64,000 bases of DNA from a virus (IMGVR_UViG_3300037222_000116:1-64000); one strand, 5' to 3'. Positions 18,671 through 28,543 are shown, counted from the first letter of the stretch. The notes: generated from the sequence alone by a model not told the origin. Numbers and translations are program-made.

Positions 18671-19237
18671 CTACGCGTAGCTCCGCGAGCGCTTGCGTCG
18701 ACTCCGATACGGAGGGTTGGACGTCAGCATGCGCCCCGAACCATGCATCGCAGAAACGCTGCGTGACTTGAGTGCGTAGCCGATCCCCAAGACAAGTAGC
18801 CCAGCAATGCCAATGCCGCCGACCCACGGCAGCCACGCAGGCATGTCGTCTTGTGGCGGGCCAACAGGAGGACCATATCCGCCGCCATGCGAAGGAACGT
18901 GCTGGGGCAAGTTCGGCGGCGGCGCAACACCAGACGCAGCGAACATCTGCGAGGTCACGAACGCCGCCTTCTTGCCGATGTCAAGAAGCAGGCAGCAGAT
19001 ATGCGACGCGGGCAGATGCCGCTCAACGCTCTTCTCGGCTTGCTCGTACTGCGAGTAAATCGCCTCGACGATCGTCTCGAATGGCTTGTGCCTGTTGTTC
19101 TTCTGCAACACGCCGAAGACATCGAGCATCTTCTGCACGGCGGCTTCACCCGTGAAGCAATCGGATTCAATGCAGAACGGGCCACCACCGGGGCCATTCG
19201 AGGGACCATCAATCGTGAAGACGTTTCCGAGGGCCAT
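18671..19237 (-). CDS. membrane protein, paralog of 19240..19707
   Basis: MALGNVFTIDG, CIESDC, CC, C-terminal TM and basic tail. Confidence 0.7.
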   Translation of the reverse strand: MALGNVFTIDGPSNGPGGGPFCIESDCFTGEAAVQKMLDVFGVLQKNNRHKPFETIVEAIYSQYEQAEKSVERHLPASHICCLLLDIGKKAAFVTSQMFAASGVAPPPNLPQHVPSHGGGYGPPVGPPQDDMPAWLPWVGGIGIAGLLVLGIGYALKSRSVSAMHGSGRMLTSNPPYRSRRKRSRSYA

Positions 19238-19239
19238 GG

Positions 19240-19707
19240 CTACGCGTGCCTCCGAGCGGACAATCGACGACGACGTGAACCACGCAGCGGCATGCCCTTC
19301 TGGGTCCGGTAGACGTTCACGCCACCCCAGATCAGCGCCCCGACGAGTCCGAGCCCGAGAGCCCACTTGACGACACTCATCCACGATGACGCCGTATTGA
19401 GCTTGGGAGGAATGCGCGATCCCATGAGCGCCGTCAACGCCTGCGCTTGCTCACCGAGCTGCTTCATCTGACAGCAACGCATCGCGTTCCAGACGTTGAT
19501 TTGCCCAAGCTGAGTCAGAATCGCCGTGACATCGCCACGGAACGAATTGGCCTTGGAAGGATCGCTGCGAGCGAGGTCGATGAAGACCGCCTTCATCTCG
19601 CCGATGGCGTTCTGCGCGTCGGTGCAATCGGACTCACCGCACGGGAGCCAATCACTCGCCCCGAGATCAGGCGCTCCGTCGATGGTGAACACGTTTCCGA
19701 GAGCCAC
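19240..19707 (-). CDS. membrane protein, paralog of 18671..19237
   Basis: MALGNVFTIDG, CGESDC, CC, C-terminal TM and basic tail. Confidence 0.7.
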   Translation of the reverse strand: MALGNVFTIDGAPDLGASDWLPCGESDCTDAQNAIGEMKAVFIDLARSDPSKANSFRGDVTAILTQLGQINVWNAMRCCQMKQLGEQAQALTALMGSRIPPKLNTASSWMSVVKWALGLGLVGALIWGGVNVYRTQKGMPLRGSRRRRLSARRHA

Positions 19708-19722
19708 GAGACGCCTCCAGCT

Positions 19723-20232
19723 TCACGCCGTTTGACGCACGGTAGCACGGCGCTCGGCGACCTCGCAAAGCGGCTTCGCCAGCGTCAGCATGCGAGTCCC
19801 GTTGGGGTAGACGACGTACTCACCACGACGAACCCACTCGAAGCCGAAGCTCTTGAGCAACGCGTGGATCGGCTCGTTGTCCTCGGCGCAGTTGGCTTCG
19901 ACAGCCACGACCGGCAGCTCTTTCATGGCGACTTTGGCCGCGTCGATCACGCGCTCAGTCAACTCGCGTCCCACGCCACGTCGACGAATGCGAGTATCCA
20001 CCGCCAGCGCCATGAAGTCGGCGATCGACTTGCCTCGGTGATTCGGGTCTTCTCGAACGCACATCATGGCGAAGCCGAGGTTCTTGCCGCTCGCCTGCGC
20101 GACGAAGCGCTGAATCAGGCGATGACCCCACATCTCGCCGCACAGCCCGGCATTGCCGTACTTCTCGAACGCCTCGCGCGAGACGCGCTCGACGAACGGC
20201 AAGTCACTATTCTCTCCAAGTCGGATCAACAT
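19723..20232 (-). CDS. GNAT family acetyltransferase
   Basis: LAVDTRIRRRGVGREL motif A; N.PIHALLKSFGF motif B. Confidence 0.85.
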   Translation of the reverse strand: MLIRLGENSDLPFVERVSREAFEKYGNAGLCGEMWGHRLIQRFVAQASGKNLGFAMMCVREDPNHRGKSIADFMALAVDTRIRRRGVGRELTERVIDAAKVAMKELPVVAVEANCAEDNEPIHALLKSFGFEWVRRGEYVVYPNGTRMLTLAKPLCEVAERRATVRQTA

Positions 20233-20292
20233 CGACGCGCTCCCTCCCTCTCGATTTGACGCCTCCTCAAGTTACCACGTACCTTCTGACCC

Positions 20293-20883
20293 ATGCTCAC
20301 ACATCACACGTTGCTCCCACACGTTCTTGCGTGGACGGCCCTGATCCCGGTCGGCCTCCAGTTGCTCAAAGGCATGAACGCGCAGGGCGGCGCACCGACG
20401 GGTGGTGGGACCAATCCCCTCGGCAACATCGGCGGCATCTTCGGATCGCTCGGATCGATGCTCGGCCTCGGCACGGGAGCGCCGCCACCTGCACCGGCTG
20501 CTGCTGCGGCGACGTTGACGCAGGCCGCGACGCAGGCAGGAGCGAACGTCACGCCCGAGCAGATCGCCCAGCTCATCAACGCAGCGTTCGCGGCCCACGG
20601 CGTCAATCCCGGTGGCACGTCCAACGCGCCGTACCAACCGTTCGCACCCCCGCCGCCTCCGCCCATGCCGCTGCCGGGAGGACGCACGCGCGGCAAGATT
20701 CATCGAAGACACGGACACATGCACGGGGCGCTCGGCTACAGCCGCCAGATCAGCCTCGGTGATGGTGCGGGAGGCGGGAGCGGCTTCATCGTCGGCCTCT
20801 TCATCGGCCTCGGGACGTTGGTAGCGGCAGGCGCGGCTGTGCATCTCTGCCATCGACAGAATCGTCCCCGCTTCATGCGCTAA
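20293..20883 (+). CDS. Gly/Ala/Pro-rich membrane protein
   Basis: RHGHMHGALG site; C-terminal TM. Confidence 0.65.
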   Translation: MLTHHTLLPHVLAWTALIPVGLQLLKGMNAQGGAPTGGGTNPLGNIGGIFGSLGSMLGLGTGAPPPAPAAAAATLTQAATQAGANVTPEQIAQLINAAFAAHGVNPGGTSNAPYQPFAPPPPPPMPLPGGRTRGKIHRRHGHMHGALGYSRQISLGDGAGGGSGFIVGLFIGLGTLVAAGAAVHLCHRQNRPRFMR

Positions 20884-20903
20884 CTGCGCTATCTTCCTCG
20901 TTC

Positions 20904-21650
20904 ATGCCCGACCCGTCGCACTGGTCAAACCGCCTTGCACTCCTACACTCCTGCTCCGAAGGCGTCGCCTTCGCCTCGCAGCACGAAGACATCTTCTCCG
21001 TCTGGAAGCATTGCCAGCGTGGCGACTGGTTGCTCTGGTTGACGGCGAGACTCTGTTTGACCGAGGACGACCGCAGGCAAGTCATCGGTGCCTGTGTGAC
21101 GATCGCGCAAGCAGCTTTCGTAGTTCTCCCACCCGAAGAAGAACGCTTGAACGACGCGCTGACCATCGCCTACGCGTGGAGCGACGGCGCGGTCCAGAAA
21201 GACAAGTCGTCACTGCGACACGCGCTCCAGCTCGCGCTGAGCGCCAAGCGCGACCTCGACAAGATCGCCCCCGCCATGGGGGCTGCTGCCGCAAGTGTTG
21301 CAGCGACGCTCTGCGCGATCGGCGACGCCGAGCGCGCGTGGTTGCCCGATGATGGCAGTGTCCGATCGCCTGCCGTCAAGTGGGCTGAGGCGGCGACACG
21401 GCCCGCTGCGTGGCATGCGGCAAGTCTGAGTGCAGCAGCACACGCGCTCTTCTCGCCGCACAGCACCGCAGCACAGACCAAAGCGCAATGCCTCTCTGTA
21501 GCCGCCGACGCCTTCGCATCGAGCGCCGACATCGTGCGTGTGGCCTTCGAGGCTGACGAAATTCTTGAACCTCTGATACACTGGCAAGGCGGGCGACGCG
21601 AGCCCAATCATCGACAGGAGAAAGAAGCCCATGACTGCAATCCTCGCTGA
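20904..21650 (+). CDS. Ala-rich helical hypothetical protein
   Basis: WKHCQRGDWLLWL motif. Confidence 0.65.
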   Translation: MPDPSHWSNRLALLHSCSEGVAFASQHEDIFSVWKHCQRGDWLLWLTARLCLTEDDRRQVIGACVTIAQAAFVVLPPEEERLNDALTIAYAWSDGAVQKDKSSLRHALQLALSAKRDLDKIAPAMGAAAASVAATLCAIGDAERAWLPDDGSVRSPAVKWAEAATRPAAWHAASLSAAAHALFSPHSTAAQTKAQCLSVAADAFASSADIVRVAFEADEILEPLIHWQGGRREPNHRQEKEAHDCNPR

Positions 21651-22932
21651 CTTCGGGTCGCGCAACGGCAACCACCGCCAGTACGACCCGGCCAACATCT
21701 TCCTCGGCAAAGGCATCACCGACATCCTCGACCCGATCGGCATCACCAAGATGCTACCCGACCCGCTCGGCATCAAGGACAAGGTCGCCGGGATCACGAG
21801 CGGAGGCGCGGGCGGGCTCTTCAACAGCTCGGGCGGCGCAGGTGGCCTCTTCAACAACGGCGGCACGGGGCAGCAGACGCCTTGCTACCTGCTCGCGGCG
21901 AACGGCACCAAGCACCGCTGCAACGCCGCGGGCTTCGCCAACGCCTCGCAGTTCGGGCAGGTGCAGATGTTCCGCAACGGGCAGTCCATGGGCCTCGCGC
22001 AGCCGGGCATGTTCCCGCCCGCAGGCTACGGCGCTCCCGGCTACGGCGTCGCTCCCCCGCCCGCTTATGGCGGCTACCCGCCTCCGGGCGGCAGCTACCC
22101 GCTCGGGCCGAACGGGACGTGCCCGCCCGGCTACGTCCAGTCGGGCCTCTCGTGCGTCCCGGCGTCGCAGGCGCTCGCGCAGCGTCGTGCAGGTGGCGGT
22201 GGTGGGCGTGGCAGCAAACACGGCAAGGGCAAGCACGGTCGTCACCACGGCATGCACGGAGCCCTCGGCGACGCCTACGGCGACCAGCAGGACGCGCTCG
22301 CGCGCGTCCAGCAGGGCACGAGCGGCTACCCCGGCATGCGCCCGCCGCTGACCAATCCCGGCATCTTCACCGCCGATGAAGGCGGCACCTCGACGCCCGC
22401 CATGAACCGGCAGTACCCGATCAAGCCGTGGATGCGCAATCGTCGTCCTCCGGGGCTGCACGCGCAGGCGCAGCGCGCGGGCTATACGCAGGCCGACGCG
22501 GGCTACGCGCAGAGCGCGGCGCGAGAGGCCATGGCGAACATGGCGCGTCACCTCCATCACCACGGCGCGGCGCACGCGGCACACCACGCGCAGGCTCGCG
22601 CGGCGCACTACGGCTTCATGCAGCACGGCGGCGGATCGCCCGTGCAGGCCGCGCAGGACAACGTGCAGGGCAGCGGCCTCGGCTACCCGGTCGACTACCT
22701 GTCGATGGAGCTGAACCGCCAGCGCTACGGCGTGGCGATCGACCGCTATCCGGGCAGCAAGCCCGCCCTCGACATGAACGCGCTCACACGCGGCAAGATC
22801 AAGATGCCCGCGTGGATGGGCATGCGGATGCCGCCCGAGGGCGGTGCGCAGATGATGCCGTCCGGTGGCATCCCGACGGGATTGAATGGCCCGCGCGCGT
22901 CGCGCGATCCCTCGGCGTGGTGGAGCTACTAG
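21631..22932 (+). CDS. Gly/Pro/His-rich putative virion precursor protein
   Basis: 433 aa, strong codon bias, CPPG motif, RHHGMHGALGD. Confidence 0.7.
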   Translation: MTAILADFGSRNGNHRQYDPANIFLGKGITDILDPIGITKMLPDPLGIKDKVAGITSGGAGGLFNSSGGAGGLFNNGGTGQQTPCYLLAANGTKHRCNAAGFANASQFGQVQMFRNGQSMGLAQPGMFPPAGYGAPGYGVAPPPAYGGYPPPGGSYPLGPNGTCPPGYVQSGLSCVPASQALAQRRAGGGGGRGSKHGKGKHGRHHGMHGALGDAYGDQQDALARVQQGTSGYPGMRPPLTNPGIFTADEGGTSTPAMNRQYPIKPWMRNRRPPGLHAQAQRAGYTQADAGYAQSAAREAMANMARHLHHHGAAHAAHHAQARAAHYGFMQHGGGSPVQAAQDNVQGSGLGYPVDYLSMELNRQRYGVAIDRYPGSKPALDMNALTRGKIKMPAWMGMRMPPEGGAQMMPSGGIPTGLNGPRASRDPSAWWSY

Positions 22933-23249
22933 CCCTCGTCGAGCAACCGTAACGCCGTCGCGTCCAAGTCTGACTTCTCCCTCCGCAAGAAGAAATCGTA
23001 GACCTTCGTATCAGGCACCTTGCCCTCACGTTGGGCAATAGCGATCACTGCATCGCGCGCAGCCTCACAGTATGCCGTGCTCGGGTTCCAGTCGTCGCAT
23101 TGCCCAGCTCGATAATGCGCCCAGATGCGATCTCGAATCGACTTCGGAACCATGCACCAATGCCTGTGACACGAGAACATCGCGGGAGGAACAACCACCT
23201 CGCACCCGGTCGCATGGCAATGGTGTGCTGTCACCCAATCCTCGGGCAC
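22929..23249 (-). CDS. zinc-binding phage protein
   Basis: HHCHATGC...CHRHWCMVP. Confidence 0.65.
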   Translation of the reverse strand: MPEDWVTAHHCHATGCEVVVPPAMFSCHRHWCMVPKSIRDRIWAHYRAGQCDDWNPSTAYCEAARDAVIAIAQREGKVPDTKVYDFFLRREKSDLDATALRLLDEG

Positions 23250-23440
23250 ATGCGGCAGTAGAACTTCTTGGGCGGTGCTTCGACGACAAGCTGCTTGTCT
23301 TTACCACGCCCGACCGTGAACTCCTCGGCCTCTGCACCAGCCTGATGCCCGCAGGCGAGCGTGAAGGACCACCTGACGCTGCCGTCCATGAAGCGCATGA
23401 ACCTCGCCTCGTAGACACCGACCTTGGGTGCGCGCGCCAT
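23231..23440 (-). CDS. small zinc-finger protein
   Basis: LACGH ... CRMC. Confidence 0.55.
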   Translation of the reverse strand: MARAPKVGVYEARFMRFMDGSVRWSFTLACGHQAGAEAEEFTVGRGKDKQLVVEAPPKKFYCRMCPRIG

Positions 23441-23856
23441 CAGTGCGTGACCGGCTTCGCCAGCTCGGCGGTCAGCGCGTCAGCGAGCTTCTTCCACTGC
23501 TTCGGATCTTCTTTCGCGCGCTGCTGGATCGCTGCGACGAGCTTGCGGTCCTGCGCCATCTTGGCGACCTCGAAGGGAACAAGCTCGGGGTGGTCGCAGA
23601 TCATGTGCCCGGTGACGATCGTCCCGAGGTCCCCTTCGTGATCGGCGCAGTAGGGAAACCGCGCGTGACAGAGCTTGCACACCTGCGCCTCGGGAGCGGG
23701 CTTCTTGCACTCGACGCCCATGCCCTTGCCGACCACGCAGGGCTCGGGCTTGGTCATGCTCGGTTGCTGCGCGCCGTGACAGCGCTTGAACTTGAGGCCA
23801 CTGCCGCAGTGGCAGGGTTGGTTCCTGCCAATGTCGTGTCCGTTCGATCCGCTCAT
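23440..23856 (-). CDS. SEC-C motif protein
   Basis: IGRNQPCHCGSGLKFKRCHG. Confidence 0.8.
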   Translation of the reverse strand: MSGSNGHDIGRNQPCHCGSGLKFKRCHGAQQPSMTKPEPCVVGKGMGVECKKPAPEAQVCKLCHARFPYCADHEGDLGTIVTGHMICDHPELVPFEVAKMAQDRKLVAAIQQRAKEDPKQWKKLADALTAELAKPVTH

Positions 23857-24251
23857 CGCTTGCCTCGTGGTCGTCTGACTTCAATGCCACCAACGCGCGT
23901 TGTCTCGAATGGCTCGTCTTCCGTCGCCACAGAAGGCGCGAGCACCGGAGCGACCATGACGGTGTGATTGCGCTGCGGCGCAGGATCGCCGTCCTTGCGC
24001 CCGCCCGCCGCCGCCTTCGCCATCTCGGGCGTGACGACCGTCAGGAACTCTTCGCAAACCTGATCGAGCACGGCGAGCGCTGCCACTACACGAGCGAATA
24101 GCTCGTGTTGCTCAACAGACATCGAATGGTCACTCGACGCGAGCTTGGGATCGTGAATGTCACGAAGCCGCTCGACCTCGTAGACAATCTGAGGATCGAG
24201 ACGCTCACGCAATTCCATAAGCCACATGCGGCTGATGTTCAACGCAGGCAT
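23853..24251 (-). CDS. hypothetical protein
   Basis: coupled ORF in minus-strand operon. Confidence 0.6.
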   Translation of the reverse strand: MPALNISRMWLMELRERLDPQIVYEVERLRDIHDPKLASSDHSMSVEQHELFARVVAALAVLDQVCEEFLTVVTPEMAKAAAGGRKDGDPAPQRNHTVMVAPVLAPSVATEDEPFETTRVGGIEVRRPRGKR

Positions 24252-24482
24252 CTACGGAATCGCTTTCTTTTCGAGACGTGCGATCTCCCGATCGAGATAG
24301 AAGCGGGCTTTCTGGAGGTCTTCAAGCTCCTTCGCTGGATTCTTCTTCCCGGCGCGCGCGATGTACTTGACGGCACTGCCGAGACAGAACCCGAGCGACC
24401 AAGCCTCGATGACTTTGATGACCTCGTACACGGTGTCGCCACCATAGTACGAGGGGTGATTGACAGCTTCCTCCTTGCTCAC
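24252..24482 (-). CDS. DUF3310-like phage protein
   Basis: VNHPSYY..EVIKVI..FCLGSAVKYIARAGKK..EDLQKARFYL. Confidence 0.85.
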   Translation of the reverse strand: MSKEEAVNHPSYYGGDTVYEVIKVIEAWSLGFCLGSAVKYIARAGKKNPAKELEDLQKARFYLDREIARLEKKAIP

Positions 24483-25216
24483 GATTTGCCCTCCATGAAG
24501 AGAGCATACGTCCTCGGCCAACACGCCTTGACGATCTCGGCGACGGCCTCGGCATAGCAACGAATCTCCCACTGCGCGCCAGCAGCCATGCGAAGCGTCA
24601 GGAAGTCGAGCCAATTCCGAAGGTCGGTCTTGGCGACCATCTTCGAGTAGCGCCCGACCGGCAGATGAACACGGGCCAACTCCTTCGGCACACCCAACTT
24701 GAGCGCCTGCTGGTAGAGCGTTTCGGCCTCAGCATAGATCGCCTTCAATCGGATTTGAGACTCGACGCTCGGGATGTAGTTGACATCCGGCAACGGAACG
24801 TAACGCGCCGACATCTCGTTGTAGCTCTGCGTCCGGTGACGATGCCATTCGCGGAACACGAAGATCGGCGCTTGTACCTCGATATGAAGCTCGCCAAACT
24901 CGAAAGGCGTCGCGTGTCGATTTTTCCACATAAAATCGAGCATCGCGAGATCGCCGCGTGGGAACTCCTGCCAATCGTGTGGATTACCTGTAGGCTGCGA
25001 TCCGATGCAGCACGACGAGTTTCGCAAGCCGTCTGCGCGCTCCGGTTCCGCTAGATCGCAGACTCGGCAGCGATGGTAAGCGCTCCACGACACGAAGCCG
25101 CGACCGGTACTCATACGCGCCGCTTCCACGATAGCCTCGTCTGACCCCATCGAGGCGATTAGCTTCACGTAGCCGTGATCGAGGACTTTGATGGTGTCGA
25201 GAGTATCGAGGGGCAT
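24479..25216 (-). CDS. thyX: FAD-dependent thymidylate synthase
   Basis: H.TPFE, REWHRHRTQSYNEMSARY, ELARVHLP, AQWEIR. Confidence 0.92.
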   Translation of the reverse strand: MPLDTLDTIKVLDHGYVKLIASMGSDEAIVEAARMSTGRGFVSWSAYHRCRVCDLAEPERADGLRNSSCCIGSQPTGNPHDWQEFPRGDLAMLDFMWKNRHATPFEFGELHIEVQAPIFVFREWHRHRTQSYNEMSARYVPLPDVNYIPSVESQIRLKAIYAEAETLYQQALKLGVPKELARVHLPVGRYSKMVAKTDLRNWLDFLTLRMAAGAQWEIRCYAEAVAEIVKACWPRTYALFMEGKS

Positions 25217-25226
25217 AGCGAACACC

Positions 25227-25244
25227 TGTAGCAGTCTTGCAACA
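25227..25244. promoter_or_regulatory. 18-bp palindromic operator upstream of thyX
   Basis: TGTAGCA-GTCT-TGCAACA. Confidence 0.6.
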
Positions 25245-25260
25245 GGACAGCAAGAAGAAA

Positions 25261-27261
25261 CTACTTCGTGTCGCCTTCCTGCTCTTCCTCGGCCTGCTCT
25301 TTCAGGTCATCGAGAGCTTCTTTCAATGCAGGAGGCAGCATGCGCAGGATCTCGGCTCGATACGCCCCCGACGCATCGGGCAGCGACTTGTCGATGGCCC
25401 GCCGCGGGTCGTGCATGATGTCGTGGACGACCGGCAGGTTGACGCTGAAGCCTTGGAAGTACATGAACGCGTCGACGACGGCGCTCACCACCTGCTCGGG
25501 CTTCATCAGCCCGCCAGCGACCGCCAAGCGCAACGCCTTGATCTGCGAGTACGAGTCGCCGAAGTACGGACGCTCGTCATCGGCGAGAAGATCCTCGGCA
25601 GTCCGACCATCAGCAACCGGCTCGTTGTCGTCGTCATCGTCGGGCAAAGGCGGCAGAGGCGCAGCAGGATGCGCTGCGCCGTTGGCACCATTGGCAGCAC
25701 CATTGAGTCCCGCCGCGGGCGTTGCACCATTGGCGGGCACCTGCGCCTGTGGCACACCACCACCCATCTGCCGCCGACGCAGCTCTTCGGCTTTCTTGCG
25801 AGCCGCCAACTCCTTCTGCGCCTTGCTGCGCTCTTCGGCGGTCTTGTGCTCGAAGTACGAACCGAGTACGCCGGTCACACGTTCCAACGCTGTCCCGCCG
25901 AGCTGCGCGATCATGGCAGCCGTCGAGGGTGCTCCGCTGTTGGCGGGACCGTTGAAGAGCTGGTCGAGGGCGTAGTCTTTGATCTTGGAGGCGAAGGGAT
26001 CGTCGCCCTGAAGCTGCTTAAACAGCTTCATCATCTCCAGCATGCCGGGCTCGCGCTTGAGTGCTTCCTCGAAGACGCGGCGCTGCGCGTCCTGCGTCTC
26101 TTTCTGGATGGCGGTCATGCGATCGAACATCGACTGTGTCGCTGACTGGCCGAGAGCCTTATCGGCGCTGGCGAGCTGCTGCTGGATCTTGTCGGACTCC
26201 GCTTTGGCATTGGCGGAAATCTGCGCCAGCTCACGCCGGAACTCGGCTTCGCGCTGCTGCGCAGCAAGCGCTGCTGTCTCCTGCTGATGGCGCTGTTCGA
26301 GCTTCGCCAATTCGAGCTTGAAGTTGGACTCACTCTCGCCGTTACGAGGCCCTGCCTGCGCCTGACGAAGCTGCTCCAACATCTGATTGAACTTGGTGTC
26401 GGTGTCGGCTTTGTTCTGCGTCACCAAGTTCAGAAGCCGATCGAGGCCCTCGTTGGCCTGCCTGCGAATGGCATCTTCCCGCAAGGCAGCAATCTGCTTT
26501 TCGAGCAACTCGGCCTTGGAATCGCCGGGAGCCGCCAACTGCGGCTGCGTGTAGAACGGCTGCTGGCCCCAATTCCCCATCGGGGGTGACGGCTGGAATC
26601 CATTTCCGTAGGGAGGCTGCTGACCGAAGCCGCCCATGTTCGGACTCGGCGCTGCGCCGGGCGTGCCGGGACCACACGGCTGGCCGTTGGGATAGTACCA
26701 AGGCTGCTGCGGCTGGCCGTTGTAGTAGTACGGCTGCTGATATTGCTGCTGCGCCTGATGCTGTTGCTGTTGCTGCTGAGCTTGCTGATAGCCAATTCGC
26801 TGCCACCACGGGACTTCAGGAGCAGGAGGCGGCGGCGGTGCTGCTCCGAACGGCGGCGTGTACCCCGGAGGAGGCGGATACGCATGGTTGAAGGGCTGCT
26901 GCTGGGGGCCGACCGGAACGCCGCCGTACTGACGATGAGGACCGGGGAAGAAGATGTCTCCTGACACCGAAGTCCCACTGGAATCAACAAAGGTCACATG
27001 GAAGTTGCCCCCACCGAGCAACTCGGGCATCTCACCCGAGGCGAAAGCAACGGCGGCGGCGACCGTCCAAACGCGCAGAAGGCCGGTGTTGGGATCGATC
27101 AGCGCAGGAACCACCTCGTTCAACGCCTTGTTCTGCCCGTCACGCCCCTGCCGCACGAACTGTACGACTTGCAACGGCTCCTTGAGGAGCGCGAGGCGTG
27201 CTACGTCGATGTTCTTGGGGCCGGTATTGGCGGGGTTGGGTGTCTGCTTGGCGTTGGACAT
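25261..27261 (-). CDS. Gln/Pro-rich coiled-coil protein
   Basis: 666 aa; Q/P/Y/G low-complexity region then long coiled coil. Confidence 0.75.
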   Translation of the reverse strand: MSNAKQTPNPANTGPKNIDVARLALLKEPLQVVQFVRQGRDGQNKALNEVVPALIDPNTGLLRVWTVAAAVAFASGEMPELLGGGNFHVTFVDSSGTSVSGDIFFPGPHRQYGGVPVGPQQQPFNHAYPPPPGYTPPFGAAPPPPPAPEVPWWQRIGYQQAQQQQQQHQAQQQYQQPYYYNGQPQQPWYYPNGQPCGPGTPGAAPSPNMGGFGQQPPYGNGFQPSPPMGNWGQQPFYTQPQLAAPGDSKAELLEKQIAALREDAIRRQANEGLDRLLNLVTQNKADTDTKFNQMLEQLRQAQAGPRNGESESNFKLELAKLEQRHQQETAALAAQQREAEFRRELAQISANAKAESDKIQQQLASADKALGQSATQSMFDRMTAIQKETQDAQRRVFEEALKREPGMLEMMKLFKQLQGDDPFASKIKDYALDQLFNGPANSGAPSTAAMIAQLGGTALERVTGVLGSYFEHKTAEERSKAQKELAARKKAEELRRRQMGGGVPQAQVPANGATPAAGLNGAANGANGAAHPAAPLPPLPDDDDDNEPVADGRTAEDLLADDERPYFGDSYSQIKALRLAVAGGLMKPEQVVSAVVDAFMYFQGFSVNLPVVHDIMHDPRRAIDKSLPDASGAYRAEILRMLPPALKEALDDLKEQAEEEQEGDTK

Positions 27262-27269
27262 TGATGAGT

Positions 27270-27359
27270 GTCTTACTGCCTGCGTCTCATCCTCGTCAAG
27301 CCATACCCAACATACCCAACACATAGGGCTTGACCATCATCAGGCGCAACCAGTACAAG
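27270..27359. promoter_or_regulatory. back-to-back leaderless promoters with central direct repeat
   Basis: minus TTGACG-N18-TAAGAC; plus TTGACC-N18-TACAAG; CATACCCAA x2 at 27302-27319. Confidence 0.55.
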
Positions 27360-27365
27360 GCCAAT

Positions 27366-27968
27366 ATGCCCGTTCGTGAACTCACCCTCCCTCCCGGCGT
27401 ACCCCCGAATGGGATCTGTGGCACTTGCAGGTTCTTCGTCGATGAACCGAACGAGCTGATGGCTGAATTGGCCTTCATGTCGAGCCATGGCAACGGGCAA
27501 AAACGCGGCTTCAAGTACGGCGAGCGCGTGCAGACTGGACGCAAGATGGTCGTCCACACGCGCGAAGGCACCAAGGAGAGCTTCGACATTCCTGACGGCG
27601 CGAAGGTCCAGACCGTCGTCGACGAGGTCGGCGACATCATGCGCCTCTTGCACGACCGCGCGCCGCAGGTGAAGGCATGGGATTGGGGTCTGTGCGAGCT
27701 GGGTGTCGTCGGCCTCACCGACCGTCGCGCCGGGCTCGGTCCGGTTCCGGGGCCGTGTGAACACTGGAAAGAGGGCACGGTCCTCGTCAACATCCGTCCC
27801 TTCGACTGGAAGGCCAAGATGCGCGAGATCCTCAAGGCCGGGGGACTCGCCAAGATCCCTGACAACGCGCCCTGCATCTGCGAGAAGGGCCGTGTCTTCG
27901 GCTACACGTTCGCCAACTGCTGCAAGCCGGTGCAGAAGCACCCCCAACCACCCACGGAGACACCCTGA
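27366..27968 (+). CDS. Cys-rich protein with SEC-C-like C-terminus
   Basis: CGTCRFF, C...CEHW, PCIC...NCC. Confidence 0.65.
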   Translation: MPVRELTLPPGVPPNGICGTCRFFVDEPNELMAELAFMSSHGNGQKRGFKYGERVQTGRKMVVHTREGTKESFDIPDGAKVQTVVDEVGDIMRLLHDRAPQVKAWDWGLCELGVVGLTDRRAGLGPVPGPCEHWKEGTVLVNIRPFDWKAKMREILKAGGLAKIPDNAPCICEKGRVFGYTFANCCKPVQKHPQPPTETP

Positions 27969-28201
27969 TGGCAACCCTCCTCGAAACGGCCAAAGACCTC
28001 GTCGGCAAGGTCGAAGCGTGCAGCAAGACGATGCCGCGTGCGGCGCTGCGCCAACTCGTGCAGCAGGGGCAAGCGCCCGCGCGTCCCGACAACACGCTGC
28101 CTGAGCCGCTCTGGAAGAAGGCACGCGCCGTGTCCGAGGCGACCGCCAAGCTCGCCGCGGTCATCGACGACTTCAACGACGCCATCGGCAAGGTCGAGTA
28201 G
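27968..28201 (+). CDS. hypothetical protein
   Basis: GGAG RBS, TGATG coupling. Confidence 0.6.
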   Translation: MATLLETAKDLVGKVEACSKTMPRAALRQLVQQGQAPARPDNTLPEPLWKKARAVSEATAKLAAVIDDFNDAIGKVE

Positions 28202-28204
28202 CTC

Positions 28205-28543
28205 ATGCTCGCTCTCGTCACGTTCACGGCTCTCTGCACAGCAATCTATTACCTGACGTGCCGAGCTGCCATCACCGAGCCGATCTGGAAGCGCTATCCG
28301 GCGTTCCTCGACCGACTTGCCAGATGCCCAGCGTGCAGCGGTTGGTGGCTCGGAGCGCTCGTCGCGCTCTACGTGAGCCCGATCGAGCCACACATCACCA
28401 ACCACACGACCATCGAGCGCGCGATCCTCGGGGCGCTCTTCGGCCTCGTACTGACGCCGCTCGGAACGTACCTCGTCATCGTCGCACTCGAACGCACGAC
28501 CATCCCCGACCCCACATCATCGCAGGAGGAGCCTCGTGGCTGA
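28205..28543 (+). CDS. DUF1360-like membrane protein
   Basis: CPACSGWWLG motif with three hydrophobic segments. Confidence 0.6.
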   Translation: MLALVTFTALCTAIYYLTCRAAITEPIWKRYPAFLDRLARCPACSGWWLGALVALYVSPIEPHITNHTTIERAILGALFGLVLTPLGTYLVIVALERTTIPDPTSSQEEPRG

